Source: the human T2T-CHM13v2.0 reference genome, Homo sapiens
Length of the DNA: 64,000 nucleotides
Strand: one strand, 5' to 3'
NCBI RefSeq assembly: GCF_009914755.1
Contig: NC_060933.1
A model generated the notes under the pieces. That model was given only the letters and a program-made list of their open reading frames with translations. It was not told the origin of the DNA and did not search any database. The translations under genes were made by a program, and so were the position numbers. Position 1 is the first letter of the stretch; the number at the start of each line of letters is the position of its first letter. Shown here in pieces: positions 26,605 through 41,511 of the stretch.

Positions 26605-26995
26605 TGCCCCAAAGTAGAAACCACACAAATGTCCACCAGCAGGTGGTACATCTTTACAATGGTATACTACTCAGAAATAAAAAGGAATGAACTACTATGT
26701 GCATAACAACACAGATGCATCTCAAAAACATTTTGCTGATATGAGAAGCCAGGCCCCAGATAGTACATCCTGTGTCATTCTATTTACATGAAAAACTTTA
26801 ACAAGCAAACCAGCAGTTGTCTGTTACTCAGGTGAGGCATCACTGCAAAAGGGCATGAGAGACTCTGGAGTGATGGAAGTGTTCTATATTTGATTTTACA
26901 GTGGTGGTTACTTGAGTTATGTTCATTTTTCAAATCTTATAGAGCTCTATACTAAATGAGTGCATATTATTTATATAAGTTATGCTTTAATAAAG
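26605..26995 (+). mobile_element. L1M 3' end (continuation of the host L1)
   Basis: aaatgtccaccagcagg...tactactcagaaataaaaaggaatgaactact...gtgatggaagtgttctatattttgat...ttaataaa. Confidence 0.75.
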
Positions 26996-26999
26996 GTAA

Positions 27000-27980
27000 T
27001 GTTTGAATGTTAATGGAAAACTATGGCCTTTCAATAAAAGCAGGATCATTGAGAATTCAAACCCTTCAACGTTGCAGGTTTGGGTCACCACTGGGTTAAG
27101 TAGGATCTCAACCAGCTGAAGTACTAGCCAATAGCAAAGAGAATGTAGGAGGGGGTAGTGAAGGAAGAAAATCACAAATATTCACCATAGCTTCAAGACT
27201 AGTTGCATAAATGAAAACTGTAAAATATAGCATCATTTTATGGTGTGTGTAAAGCAAGCATTTTCCTTCCTTCTTTCTTATTATTTATTAAGTAGTTTTG
27301 GTAGTAATCTTCATTACTTTTGGGGCCATAGAATGTTCAGGTGGGATTTTAAGTGAATCAGAAAAGGAATTAATACCCAAACATCGTTATGGTGACTTAT
27401 ATGACTCTGTGTTTCCCCTTTGGGGGATGAGAATGAGAGCAACTCCCCCACCAAGAATGGTTGCATCATACTGGAAGAAGCATGATGTTCTGTTATTTTT
27501 GTTGTATACAATTTTGTATATAGGTAGTGAGGTGTGTAGCAATGCTGAGTTGCTAAAGGAGTAGACCACATGAGCTATTTTTGTTGTAACCTAGCCCCAT
27601 ATCCATTTTTTTCCTTGTCCTCTACTACTGGAACTGGGAATCCAAAATCTATATTGCCTAGATTGACAGATGGAGTCATCAGGTTCTAACAATAAAAGGC
27701 ATCAGCAGGAGATCAGAACTGAAGAAGACATACACTTCCTGCTTGTGGCTCAAATACCAAGTAGTTGCTGGGTAGCTGTGGGAGGGGGCCTGCTGAACTC
27801 CCATGGCCCATCCCAGCACCTGCAGCATAGGAGTGGGGAGCAGCTTCTGGATTCCTGGATATCACACCTTCCTTTTGGCTCCTCCAGCACATTCAACTCA
27901 TTTGTAACCAATACCCCATATAAATTCCTCTCTGTTTAAATACCTAGTGTGGTTTCTGTAATAATAATAACCTACAGTAT
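27000..27980 (+). mobile_element. Second ERV-L relic: integrase C-terminus/3' region, PPT (~27553-27566) and LTR16/LTR33-type 3' LTR
   Basis: gcaggatcattgagaattcaaacccttca...aggtttgggtcacc...ccagctgaagtactagc resembles the ERV-L pol end; gctaaggagtagac PPT; ataaattcctctctgtttaaatacctagtgtggtttctg LTR tail. Confidence 0.6.
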
Positions 27981-28234
27981 CAAAAATTGTGGTTTGGTAA
28001 AGATGGCAGATGGAAAATATATGTTCAACTTCCTTACCTCCCAGAACCCAACTAAAATAAAGGTGTAGATATTTACAAAACTAATCAACCCAGATAGCAA
28101 AAGGAACAAGAGGGGAAAATATCAACAGGTGAGAGTTCAATCCATTTACTGCAAATTAAATGTGGATAGAAATCTGTCAATGTTTGAAATGAGAGAGAGC
28201 TACAGTCCAGACACAGTGGTTATAAGTAGGTGGT

Positions 28235-28601
28235 TGTCTTAGTCGGCTCGGGCTGACATAATACAATACCATAGACTGAGTAGCTCCAACAACAGAAGTT
28301 AATTCCTCACAGTTCAGGAGGCTGGAAGTCTAAGATCAAGGTGCCAGCCCATTCACTTTCTGGAGAGGGCTCTCTTCCTGGTTTATAGACAGCTGCCTTC
28401 TTGCTGTGTCGTCACAAGGTGGAGAGACAGTAATTTTTCTAGTGCTTCCTCTTATAAGGACACTAATCATGTTGGATCAGGGTCCCACCCTTATGATATC
28501 ACTTACTTCCTTACTCCAAATACAGTCACATTTGGAGTTAGGGCTTCAGCATATGAATGTGGAGTTGGGGGAGACACTATTCAACTATTCAGCCCATAGC
28601 A
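28235..28601 (-). mobile_element. MLT1A-like solo LTR
   Basis: tgtcttagtc...ataccatagactg...ggaggctggaagtctaagatcaaggtgcc...cccatagca; TSD GTGGT/GTGGA. Confidence 0.85.
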
Positions 28602-29635
28602 GTGGATCACATACAATGTAACCCGTAATTCCTGCTTCTTGAAGCTCTTAGATTCCTTCTAATGTAGATTATGCCAGGGAGGTCTTGGCATCTCAATTTT
28701 ATTGACTGTAGTTCACTATTGGACCCAGGTTTTAGCTGGCCAGGCAAGTAAATGTTAGAGCCACCCCCCATTGCTGCAGCTAAGCATTTAATTCAGAATC
28801 TCAAGTACTGGCATAATACTGGTAAAATTTTCCCAATTCAACATTATATTCCATCCTCATTGAACTACCATATTTAGAATCTTTTCCCACATGTATGATT
28901 CTGTTGTTGCTGATGTTAATTGGCCAAACTCTTCTGTTCTTTTTATGGATCAGCTATGTCTATCTGGGTCAGACTGAGCACTTATCCACACTGGGTTCTG
29001 ACTCTAGTTATGAATCCAGAAGCAAAGAGGGTGGTGGGGCAGGTATTGAGGATAAGACACATTACCCTCAGGTGGGGTTAGTACAAGGCCTTCAGGCAAA
29101 GGAAGGATAATCTCCTCTGGCCAGGTCAGGTCAAGTAAGTGTAAAGTACTTGGCAAAATGCCAGACAAATAGTAAACATTATATAAGTTTTTATACTCTT
29201 TACAGTTGTTACTATCAGCTGAGTCAGCCCTGGTGAGCAAGGACTTGGAAATTTCCCAGTCTGTCCACCCACCCAGCCTAGCATGGGCACAGATGAAGGG
29301 AGGAGCTGTGAGGTCCTCAAGGACGAGGAAGGAGCCCTGAGAAGGAGTCAGATGCAGCAACAAAGTCCAAGCCTGCTATGCATCAGAATCACCTTGGGAG
29401 ATTAAAGTAGATTCGGACTTCTACCTCAGCCCTCTATATCAGAATCAACAGGTGAGTGGGTGTTTTTAGAAACTCCTCACATGAGTCTGATAGAGTAGGT
29501 ACCTAGATGGAGGAAGAAGGCCCTTAGCCTGAGGCTTGGATGCAGGTCACTTGTCCTCACAGAGAGCATTTGGCATGGCTGTGGGACCAGGAGCCAGCAT
29601 GACCGGGCAGTGTGCTGAAATGCAAGAGGTAGAAG

Positions 29636-30479
<844 letters not shown>

Positions 30480-30880
30480 CAAAAGCACTGACTGTGTTTG
30501 CCAAATGATTCAGCAGACAGGCAGAAGGGGGTGGCGCTCAGGCTTACAGGAAGGAAGGGTCAGAGAACAATGTTTTTGGGATGGTAGGGTCCTCATCATT
30601 TTTGTAGCATAAGAGGAAAAAATCAACAGGAAGAGATTAAAGATATGAGAGAGGTAAAAGGTTTGAAAGCGAGATCCTAGAGGGGGAATGAGATTTGGAG
30701 CAAGTAGAGACATTTTGGGAGAGAAAGACTGGCACCTCTTTCTCTAGGAGTGAAGAAATGAGAGGTGCAAGTAAACTGGAAAGGAAGCTGAGGAAAACCC
30801 AAGCATGACAGCTTACTTTGCTTGGTGAAGTGCAAAGCATGGTGGCTTTCAGAGAGTGGAAAAGATGGTGGTAAGGAACT
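30480..30880 (-). mobile_element. L2 fragment
   Basis: Purine-rich L2-like sequence (tgcaaaaagcactga; gagatttggagcaagtagagaca). Approximate. Confidence 0.5.
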
Positions 30881-31145
30881 TTTATCTTTTGGCTTTATGA
30901 TGTACTGCAAAGGACACCAGGTTTCACCCTCCTTCCTTAACCTTAAACTCAGTTTTCGCTTATGTTAAATGAGTATCATAATCCCTGCCGCAAAGCGTTG
31001 CTATAAGGATTTAACAATATCAAACCTATAATGAACCAGCTTCTAACTACCTCAGAAGTGCTACTGCAACTGTCTACTCCATTAAGACTTTTTTAGGATA
31101 ATGGGAATGTATTTTCTAAGATCTTCTTCAAAAGTTGACAAAAAG

Positions 31146-32890
31146 GACTTCTGGTTCTGGACAAGATACAATAGACTCACTTCTTCCTATTCCTCCACCA
31201 AGTAAAACTAAAATCCCTGGAGATACATAACAAAAGAATAATCTGAAACGTGGAGAAAAAGGGAGACTGGCTAGGGACCTTGAGACCTGAGGAACAACAT
31301 ACAGATGGGTTCCCTGGGTTTTCTTTTTGCCTCCTATATCCCAGACTTGGAGCTGAACAGGCTGGCAGCCCACAAACACTAATGGGTATAGACAAAAAGA
31401 GGTCCCCAAAAAGCCTCTTCTCTCTAGCCAAAGGAACAGGAAAGGGGAAGCCTAGAAAGACAGAAAATATTTAGACTCTAACTTTTAAAGAAGAACCAAG
31501 TAGAAATTTTAGAACTAAAATACAAATTAAAACACCAATCGAACCCCACAGAAAACATTGCAGCCCCACCCCCACTGGCCAAGAGCTAGTGCGGAGCCTA
31601 GACTTCCAGTTTTACCAACATGGCTGTAACAAGGTGACCCCTCTCTCCCACTGGGATGATGTCAGAGAAGGCGAAGCAGGGAGCATGAACTCCCTGTTCT
31701 GAAGTAATAAGGAACTGCCTCCCTGGGGTGTCAACAGAAGCCGAGGGGGAAGCTGTACTTCCATCCCCACTTGGTAGTACCAACAGAGTGGACTCCTTCT
31801 CCCACTAGTGCAGTGCCAGAGGGGGCCTGCTGAAGCAAAGGATTTCAGTAAGAATCTGGGTCTCATAACATAATACTCAATATGTTCAGAACACACTAGA
31901 AAATCACTAGTCAAACCACGAACCAGGAAAATCTCAACTTGAATAAGAAAAGACCATCAACAGAAGCCAACACTGAGAGGACACAATGTTGGAATTATCT
32001 GGTGAGGATTTTAAAGCAACTATCATAAAAATGCTTCAGTGAGCAAACATGGATGCACTTAAAACAAAAATACATAAAATCTCAGCAAAGTAATATAAGA
32101 CGTAAAGAAGAATCAAGTGAACATTTTAGAACTAAAAGATACTAATGAAAAACTCAATGGATGAGCTCAATGGAAAATGGGAAGAACAGAGTAAACAATC
32201 AGTGAAGTTGAAGTTAGGATAATAAAAATAACCCAATCTGAGAAATTACCCAATCTCTGAGAAACAGAGAAAAAACAGACTGGAAATAAATGACTGCAGC
32301 CTCAGAGTCCTATGTAACTATAACCCCCAAAAAATCTAATACTATGCCATTGGAGTTGCAGAAAGAGAAGAGAGACAAGGTGGGGCTTAAAAAAGTATTC
32401 AACAAAATAATGGCCGAAAACTTCCGAAATTCAGCAAAAGACATAAAAACAGATTCAAGAAGCTGACTAACTCTGAACAGTATAAACCTAATGGAATCTA
32501 TGCCAAGACATATCAGTTAATCTCCTGAAAACTAAAGACAAAGAAAAAAAATCTCAAAAATAGTGAGAGAGAAATACCACCTTATCCATAGGAGAAAAAA
32601 TAAAAATGGCAGCAAATTGCCCCTCAGAAACCATGGTCAGAAGGGAGTAGCACAGCATTGTTTCAAGGAACTGTAAGACCAGAATTCTACATCCAGTGAA
32701 AATACCCTTTAGAAATGAAGGGGAAATCAAGACATTATCATCTGAAGGAAAACTAAGAGAATTTGTCAATAGCAAATCTACCCTAAAAGATGCTCTTGAG
32801 ACAGAAAGGAAACGATAAAAGAATAATTTTGGAACATCAGGGAGGAAAAGTAAAAAATTGAAAGGGTAAAAGTACGGGTAAATGGAATAG
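31146..32890 (+). mobile_element. Old L1M (L1MC/MD-type) 5' UTR and ORF1
   Basis: gacttctggttctggacaagat start; ggattttaaagcaactatcataaaaatgctt; aaatgaaggggaaatcaagacatt...aaactaagagaatttgtc ORF1 C-terminus. Confidence 0.75.
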
Positions 32891-33189
<299 letters not shown>

Positions 33190-33315
33190 TAAGTGTTCTA
33201 AATAATGTTTGGCAGTCAAAGCAAATCAATGTTACCTCGAGTCTACTATGTAACAAGGAGCATCAGTGTCAGGCATGCCCTGTAATTGAGGTTTCAAGCT
33301 AAATGGAATAGTTTA

Positions 33316-33633
<318 letters not shown>

Positions 33634-33879
33634 TTAGAACAGCACCTGACACATTAAGGAATAAATAATTAGTTATCTGAATGCAATAAATGTAAAAAGA
33701 CAAACAAAAGTCAAGAGAAGGACACCCACTAGCAAAGAAGGCACCAAATCCTTCTGTCTTCTCCTCTAAATGTGGGCACAAAGCAAGGGTGGGCAGAAAT
33801 CCGTCTAGCTTTTCCATTTGAGTCCTATGCTGAGCTATCTGTTCTTAGTGTACCAGGGTTGAGGTGGTCATAGAAATTA

Positions 33880-34610
<731 letters not shown>

Positions 34611-35429
34611 AAATCTGGGGGGAGATGTGAGTTCTTCTCAGTCTTTATGCCCCAACAGGCTTTCATGTTGCCAACTCAATCAGACCACTAAAATCTGTTC
34701 TCAGAGAAAAGTCCTCCCCTTCATTTTCTGTCCTGAATATACAATTTTCCCCAGGCCCCAAGCCACAGAGCCTGAAACATCAGGAAAAGTTTCTGTTCTT
34801 AGTGCTCTTATCCAACCTCTTTCATCTGACTATTTCAAAATGTCCTCACAGCCCTAATTAGGTAATGAATTAATCAACAAAGTTGCTGGTTAATTGGCTT
34901 TCATTTTTGGAAGTACTTCCAGAAATGTCAGGGGAAATGTCATTTTTCAAAGTTTAAAAATGCATTGCTCGGCCTGAAATGCTGTGCTACATGAAAAGAT
35001 TTCCTGCTAGGCTAGATCAGAGTGAACCGGGGGAGGTGGAAGCGGGCAGGATGATTTCTCTGTTTCTGTGGCAGCCTGCCACAGTCTGGAGGGCACACCC
35101 TCTGCTTTCTCCTCTGATTCTGTTTCAGCAGGCTAGATGAAAAAGGGCACTGCATTTGAAGTCAGAAGACTGAGGCCACAGTCTCTGACCATAACCCAGC
35201 TCTGTCACTAATCAGTCACCCGGCCTTGGATGTCAATTCCCCCAGCCTTGCCTATAAAGTGGATGTTAATCTACCCCATCTAGCCTTTGAAAAAGAATTA
35301 AATGATTCTGTATGTCATCTATAAAATGGATACAAGTCTACCCAATCTATCCTTTTACAAGAATTAAATGATTATATATGTAAAAGAACTTTGTAAACTG
35401 CAAAATACAATTACACAGTCCTTTTCATA

Positions 35430-36240
35430 GTATGAGCACCTTTCTCAGGCTGGGGTAGAGAAGTTGAGGGAAGGCTTCATGGAAGAACTAATAACTAAGT
35501 TCAATCATGAAGGATGAGGAAGGGAAAGCAGGGACATTCTGGGCCAAGAGAGCAGCATGGCAACAGTGAGAGAGGGCCTGGCACATCTGACAAAGTGCCT
35601 GAAGTTTGCATAGCTAGGTTTAAAAATTAAGGGAAATGGAGTGGGAGGAAGGATGCTAGAGAGAGAGGGTGAAGCACTTTGCACACCATCCTAAGGAGTG
35701 TGGACTTTTCACAGACGTGGGAAACAATGAAAGCATTTAAAGAGGCAGTGCCATGATCAGATTTGTATTTAGAAAGCTCACTTGGTGGAGAGCAGTATAG
35801 AAGATGGATTGGAAGCAGTCTAGACTAGACAGAGAGATCACTCAGGGAGCAGGTGCAGTAACCCTGTTGAGGATCTAGGGAGGGCAACTGTAACAGAAGT
35901 GGAGAAGAAGAGTTAATTAGTTAATTAATCCAAGTGGTTCTGAGGAGTTGGAATCCATAAGACAGATAGCTGGTAAGCATGGAGACAAAGGAAAAGATCA
36001 AAATTGGCTCCCCAGTTTCCAGTTTGGGCTAACAGATAAATGGTGGTGGTTACATTCACTTGGCTAGGAGCAGTTAGGAGGAAAAAGACTAAATCAAGTT
36101 TTAGAAGGTTAAGTCTGTGGGATAAGAAGTAGAGGTGTCTAATGACTGTTAAATATAGGGTTCTGGAGCACAGGAGAGAGATCTGAAATGGATAAATATA
36201 AGATAAATATAAGACAAAATTAGGTTTTAGAATCACATTA
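35430..36240 (-). mobile_element. L2 fragment (MIR pieces adjacent at ~35140-35410)
   Basis: agggaaggcttcatggaagaa...catcctaaggagtgtggacttt...gtgccatgatcagatttgtatttagaaagctcact are typical L2 motifs. Confidence 0.7.
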
Positions 36241-36904
36241 CTGACTAATAGCTAGTATGAAAGATACTCTAGATCCAGCTATTTTCAAACTCTGCATCCA
36301 TTTTCCACAGAACTTTTTTAAAAGGAAGTCAAACTGGAACTCCAATATCTGAAATATATTTTAAAAGTTCTTTAGATGGTTTAAATCTTCATCTTGCATG
36401 GACCATGGTTTTAAAGCCCTCAGATTCGTAACGATCTGAGAATATTGCTGCCTAGATATACTTTTCCAGGATAGAGAAGCCTCAGTAACATGGCCAGTAT
36501 CACATAACATTTAGTCAAGAATTGCCCTCCATATCCAATGTAAATTTCTTTTGTCTACTTAAGCCCATTGTTTTAGGCTCTGATCTTCATTGGAAACAGA
36601 TTAATTTCTTGTTGTCAGCTTACACAATAGTTTACAACTTTAAACCTGTGATTTTTGACTATTACAAACATACGGATGAAAAATTTTAAATGCAGTTGTT
36701 CAGATGTTTCCAAATTTCAACTGATAACATTGACATTATTTATGCCCATGCCCCTAGAACAGGGACTAAAAAAATAGTTAAAATTGCCCAGAAGGCCCTG
36801 TGTGGTCTGAGCCTGGCCTACCTGTTCAACCTAATTGCACGGCCTTCTCCCTCTTGCTCACTCTTCTGCTACAGTGGGCTTCTTTTTATTTCTGGGAGGC
36901 CCTG

Positions 36905-37028
36905 GCCCTTATTTTCACTGTTGTTTTTTTTTTAAATAATGACTGCAAATAAGCTGATATACAAATTAAGCCCTTATTTTCACCGGTTTTTTAATAATGA
37001 CTGTAAATAAGCTGATATACAAATTAAG
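36905..37028. repeat. Two-copy tandem duplication (~60-65 bp)
   Basis: gcccttattttcac...ttaataatgactg(c/t)aaataagctgatatacaaattaag at 36905 and 36970. Confidence 0.9.
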
Positions 37029-37508
37029 ATCAAGGGCAGAAATGAGGTCACTTCCTTCCTCTTAGCTGTTAGTTTCTTCATCTATAAAATAAGAAGGTTG
37101 AACTAGATTGGGGTTAAACTCCAAGGTTGGGATCCCTGAATTTTGGGTGTAGGGAGCTCAGCAATATGAATGGGGGTTAGTAAGCTTACTAAAACCAAAC
37201 TTTTGCCCATGAGAAGGCTAGAAAAGGAATAAACATTTACTAAGTACCCTCTTAACAGCTCATTTTTCCTCACAGTTACTTAAAAGTAGATGTTGTTATA
37301 TTTATTTTATCATTTCCATTTTCAGATGAGGAAATGATCCCACAGAGAGGCAAGATAGCTTTATTAAGGCAGAGTTAGAGTTTACAAGGCCAAATAAAAC
37401 ACAAAAACAAATTTCTTTGCTTTTATATAGAATTATATCAACTTAATAATGTAACCAAGATAATCAAGTTAGAGAAAAAAAAAGAAAAAAAGGAAAAGGA
37501 AGTGTATC

Positions 37509-37836
<328 letters not shown>

Positions 37837-39345
37837 TCAAAATATGGGCGCATGTGGGAAGCAGATAATCAGTGGTGTCCCTCTGAACAAAACTTGGAAA
37901 CCAATGGAATAGTCCTTTTCTAAAGCAAAGACCTCCAGCTCAAAAAGTACCAGGAATCTAAGGAAACCTGTTGACACAGTATGGTCATTGACAGGTAACT
38001 GCCACAAGAGGGCAAAATTCTCAGGAAAAGGAATGATGTTGATCCAAGTCTGAAATCTCACTTTTGCCTTCTCCACTTAGAATATCCTTTTTCTTTTAGA
38101 TATTGTCTTGATTTTTCAATTTAATAAGAGCTAACTTATAAGAGTGTGGTTATTTCTTTGGCCTGAAATCTCTCCCACCCTTTCCTCCCTCCCTCCCCCT
38201 GTTAACTCACATTCATATTCAGTTGTCACCTAAGATATTATTTCCTTAGAGAACCTCACCTCCCTGGACTAGGTTTGTTCCCTGTGCACTCACTCCCAGA
38301 GCATCTTGCCCTTAGCCATCAAAATACTTTACACTCTTGAAGTTTCTAACTTCTAGATTTTAAGCTTCATATAAGGGCAAGGGACCATGTTGATCTTTTT
38401 TGCAGTTCAAACCTAGAGGCCAGCCCAGTGTTTGAGTCACAGTGGGTATTCAATAAACCTTTGGTCAATGAATAAATTAATGGTAGATTTTAGGGGGAAA
38501 ACATCTTCCCACCAAAAATAAGCAGATAAACCTGCAGCTACCAACTGTCTATCTTATCTGGTCTTTTATTCTGTATAACGGTGGGAGATTAGCAATGCAT
38601 ATGAACTACTTAATAATTCTTTAGTGTCACACTATTTTCCATAATTGTTAATGTAATTTAACCATCAGCTCATGGAGCAGTCAACTACAGTAATAATAAC
38701 TGAGTGGTAATAATCTCTGGTGGCTCATAGAACAGCTCGGTCCTTGTGTGAAGAGGGGATTTCCTCCCGGCAGCTGCCCTCTGGCAGCTGAATGACTTCT
38801 CTCCAGTATCAGGGGTGTCAACTGTGGCATTCTCCTGAAGTGTGCTGTAGCTGCTCCATGCTTTCCAGCCATTCGGGTTTGGTGTGTGCAAAAAGCCTGA
38901 ACACAATCCATCAGGAAGCTCTGAATAGGATCCCTGCTCCTTTTTTGTGTGCTCATTTCAATTTATCTCCAATTAAATTTAATTAGACATTGAGCACCTG
39001 CTGTGTGCAGGAAACCGTGCTGAGTGTTTTAGGTGATATTGAGAAGTGAAAGGAAGTTTGCAATCCAGTAATTGTTATTTCAGCCTTGTGATTCTGTAAT
39101 TCACATTAAGGTTATATTTTGGACAAGTGAGTCTTCAGGAGAGCCTAATAGGATCCTGTGTTAGGTGGCAGGTGGGAGCAGGGTTAAGTTCTGAAGTCAT
39201 TGGGAAGAATATATTCAGTATATTCTTATTGATTTTTATCATTTTAACTACAGAAAGTAAAGCTCAACAAAACTATCCTTCGGGGGGATAAGCACTAGAT
39301 TAAAGGATTAGTAAATATTGATTACATGGATTTAAAATTAGCAGG

Positions 39346-39689
<344 letters not shown>

Positions 39690-40409
39690 TTATATCAGAG
39701 TGATGCTCAACGTGTTCAGCATAGAGGTATCCTGTTTACAAAATCCTCTCTCCAGCTTCACCACTCCAAATACTCCAGCAATAATCTATTTGCTAACAGT
39801 TCCCATTTACTCAATGCCTGCCCTGGGCTTTAGAATCAGCAGGTATAACCGACACGGTCAGTCTCACTCATGTCCCATGCCTTCCTTTATGCTGCTACCT
39901 CTATTTGGGCTGTTCCAGCACCAATAGCCTGGCAAACCACTTAGCTTTAAAATCCAGCCCAAGCTTTACATCCTTCAACCAAGACTCCCTCCCTCCTCTG
40001 GGACTTTACTTTGTAGTCACTGCTTATTCATATGGACACCAATGCTCAGCCTCCCTACCCAGAGTGTAAGGGCAGGCACCTTGCATTATTCCTGTGGTAC
40101 TTCCGAGCTCTAGCACAGGGCCTCAGGACGTTGAAGAGCCTCATTCCCTCCATGTGCTCCCTGAGTTTTCCACAGATGAGCTGATGGCCTTCGAATCAGG
40201 AGTCACAAACTCTATCTTCCCAACATATCCATAGTATGGCCCTAAAATACAGATTACTTTTCATGAGAAACTGTTTTAAGAATCTTAAGAGTCATCTGAG
40301 CTGGAAAGAACCTTAAAGATCACATCTAATCCTCTTTCAAGTGAAAATTAAGACCAGAAAAGTTCAAAGACTTGTCTCAAGTCCCAAGATCTCACCAAAA
40401 AAGCAGGGT

Positions 40410-41000
40410 GTGTTAGTTTTCTATTGCTTCATAACACATCACCACAAACTTAGAGGTGAACAACTATATTCATTCATTAGCTCACAGTTCTGTAGCTTCT
40501 GAGTCCAGCATGGCCTGGCTGGGTTCTCTGTTCAGGCTCTCACAAAGGTGAAGCAAGGTGTCAGCCAGGCTGAGTTCTAGTCTGGAGGCTCTGGGAAAGA
40601 CCTGCCTAAGCCCTTTCTTGTGGGCAGGTTCAGTTCCTTCCAGTTGCAGGACAAAGGTCCCATTTCGTTCCTGGCCATTGGCTGTGAACTGCTCTCAGCT
40701 CCTCACGTCTCCTCCATCAAAGTAAAAACATTGCAGCAAGCCCTGCCCATTCTTTTAATCTCTCTGACTTCTGCCACTGCTACTGGCCATAATGAACTCT
40801 CTGGTTTTAAAAGTCTCATGTGATTAGACCAGGCCCACCTGTATACTCTCTTAACATCGGCTGTGCCATATAATATTTACTGCCATGTAATCATTGCAGT
40901 AAAAGCAATCAAATTCACACTCCTAAGGATTATATAGAATGTGTACATGGGGATGGCAAGGAGGGAAATCTTAGAAGACACAGACTCCTGCCTACCATGC
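40410..41000 (-). mobile_element. MLT1E/F/G-like LTR
   Basis: tgtgttagttttctattgct...accacaaacttag...ctcacagttctgtag...gtgattagaccaggcccacc...ctgcctacca. Confidence 0.75.
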
Positions 41001-41166
41001 AAGGATTTGGGAATCATACAGACATGGATTTGATAGCAACGTTACCACTTAACATCTCTGATTTCACTGAGCCTATGTTTCTTCCTCTGCAGAACGAGAA
41101 TACCCCACATGCCTATACATGCCTTTTGTAAGGGTTAAAGAGAAAATGGATACAAAAGTGACTTTC

Positions 41167-41511
<345 letters not shown>

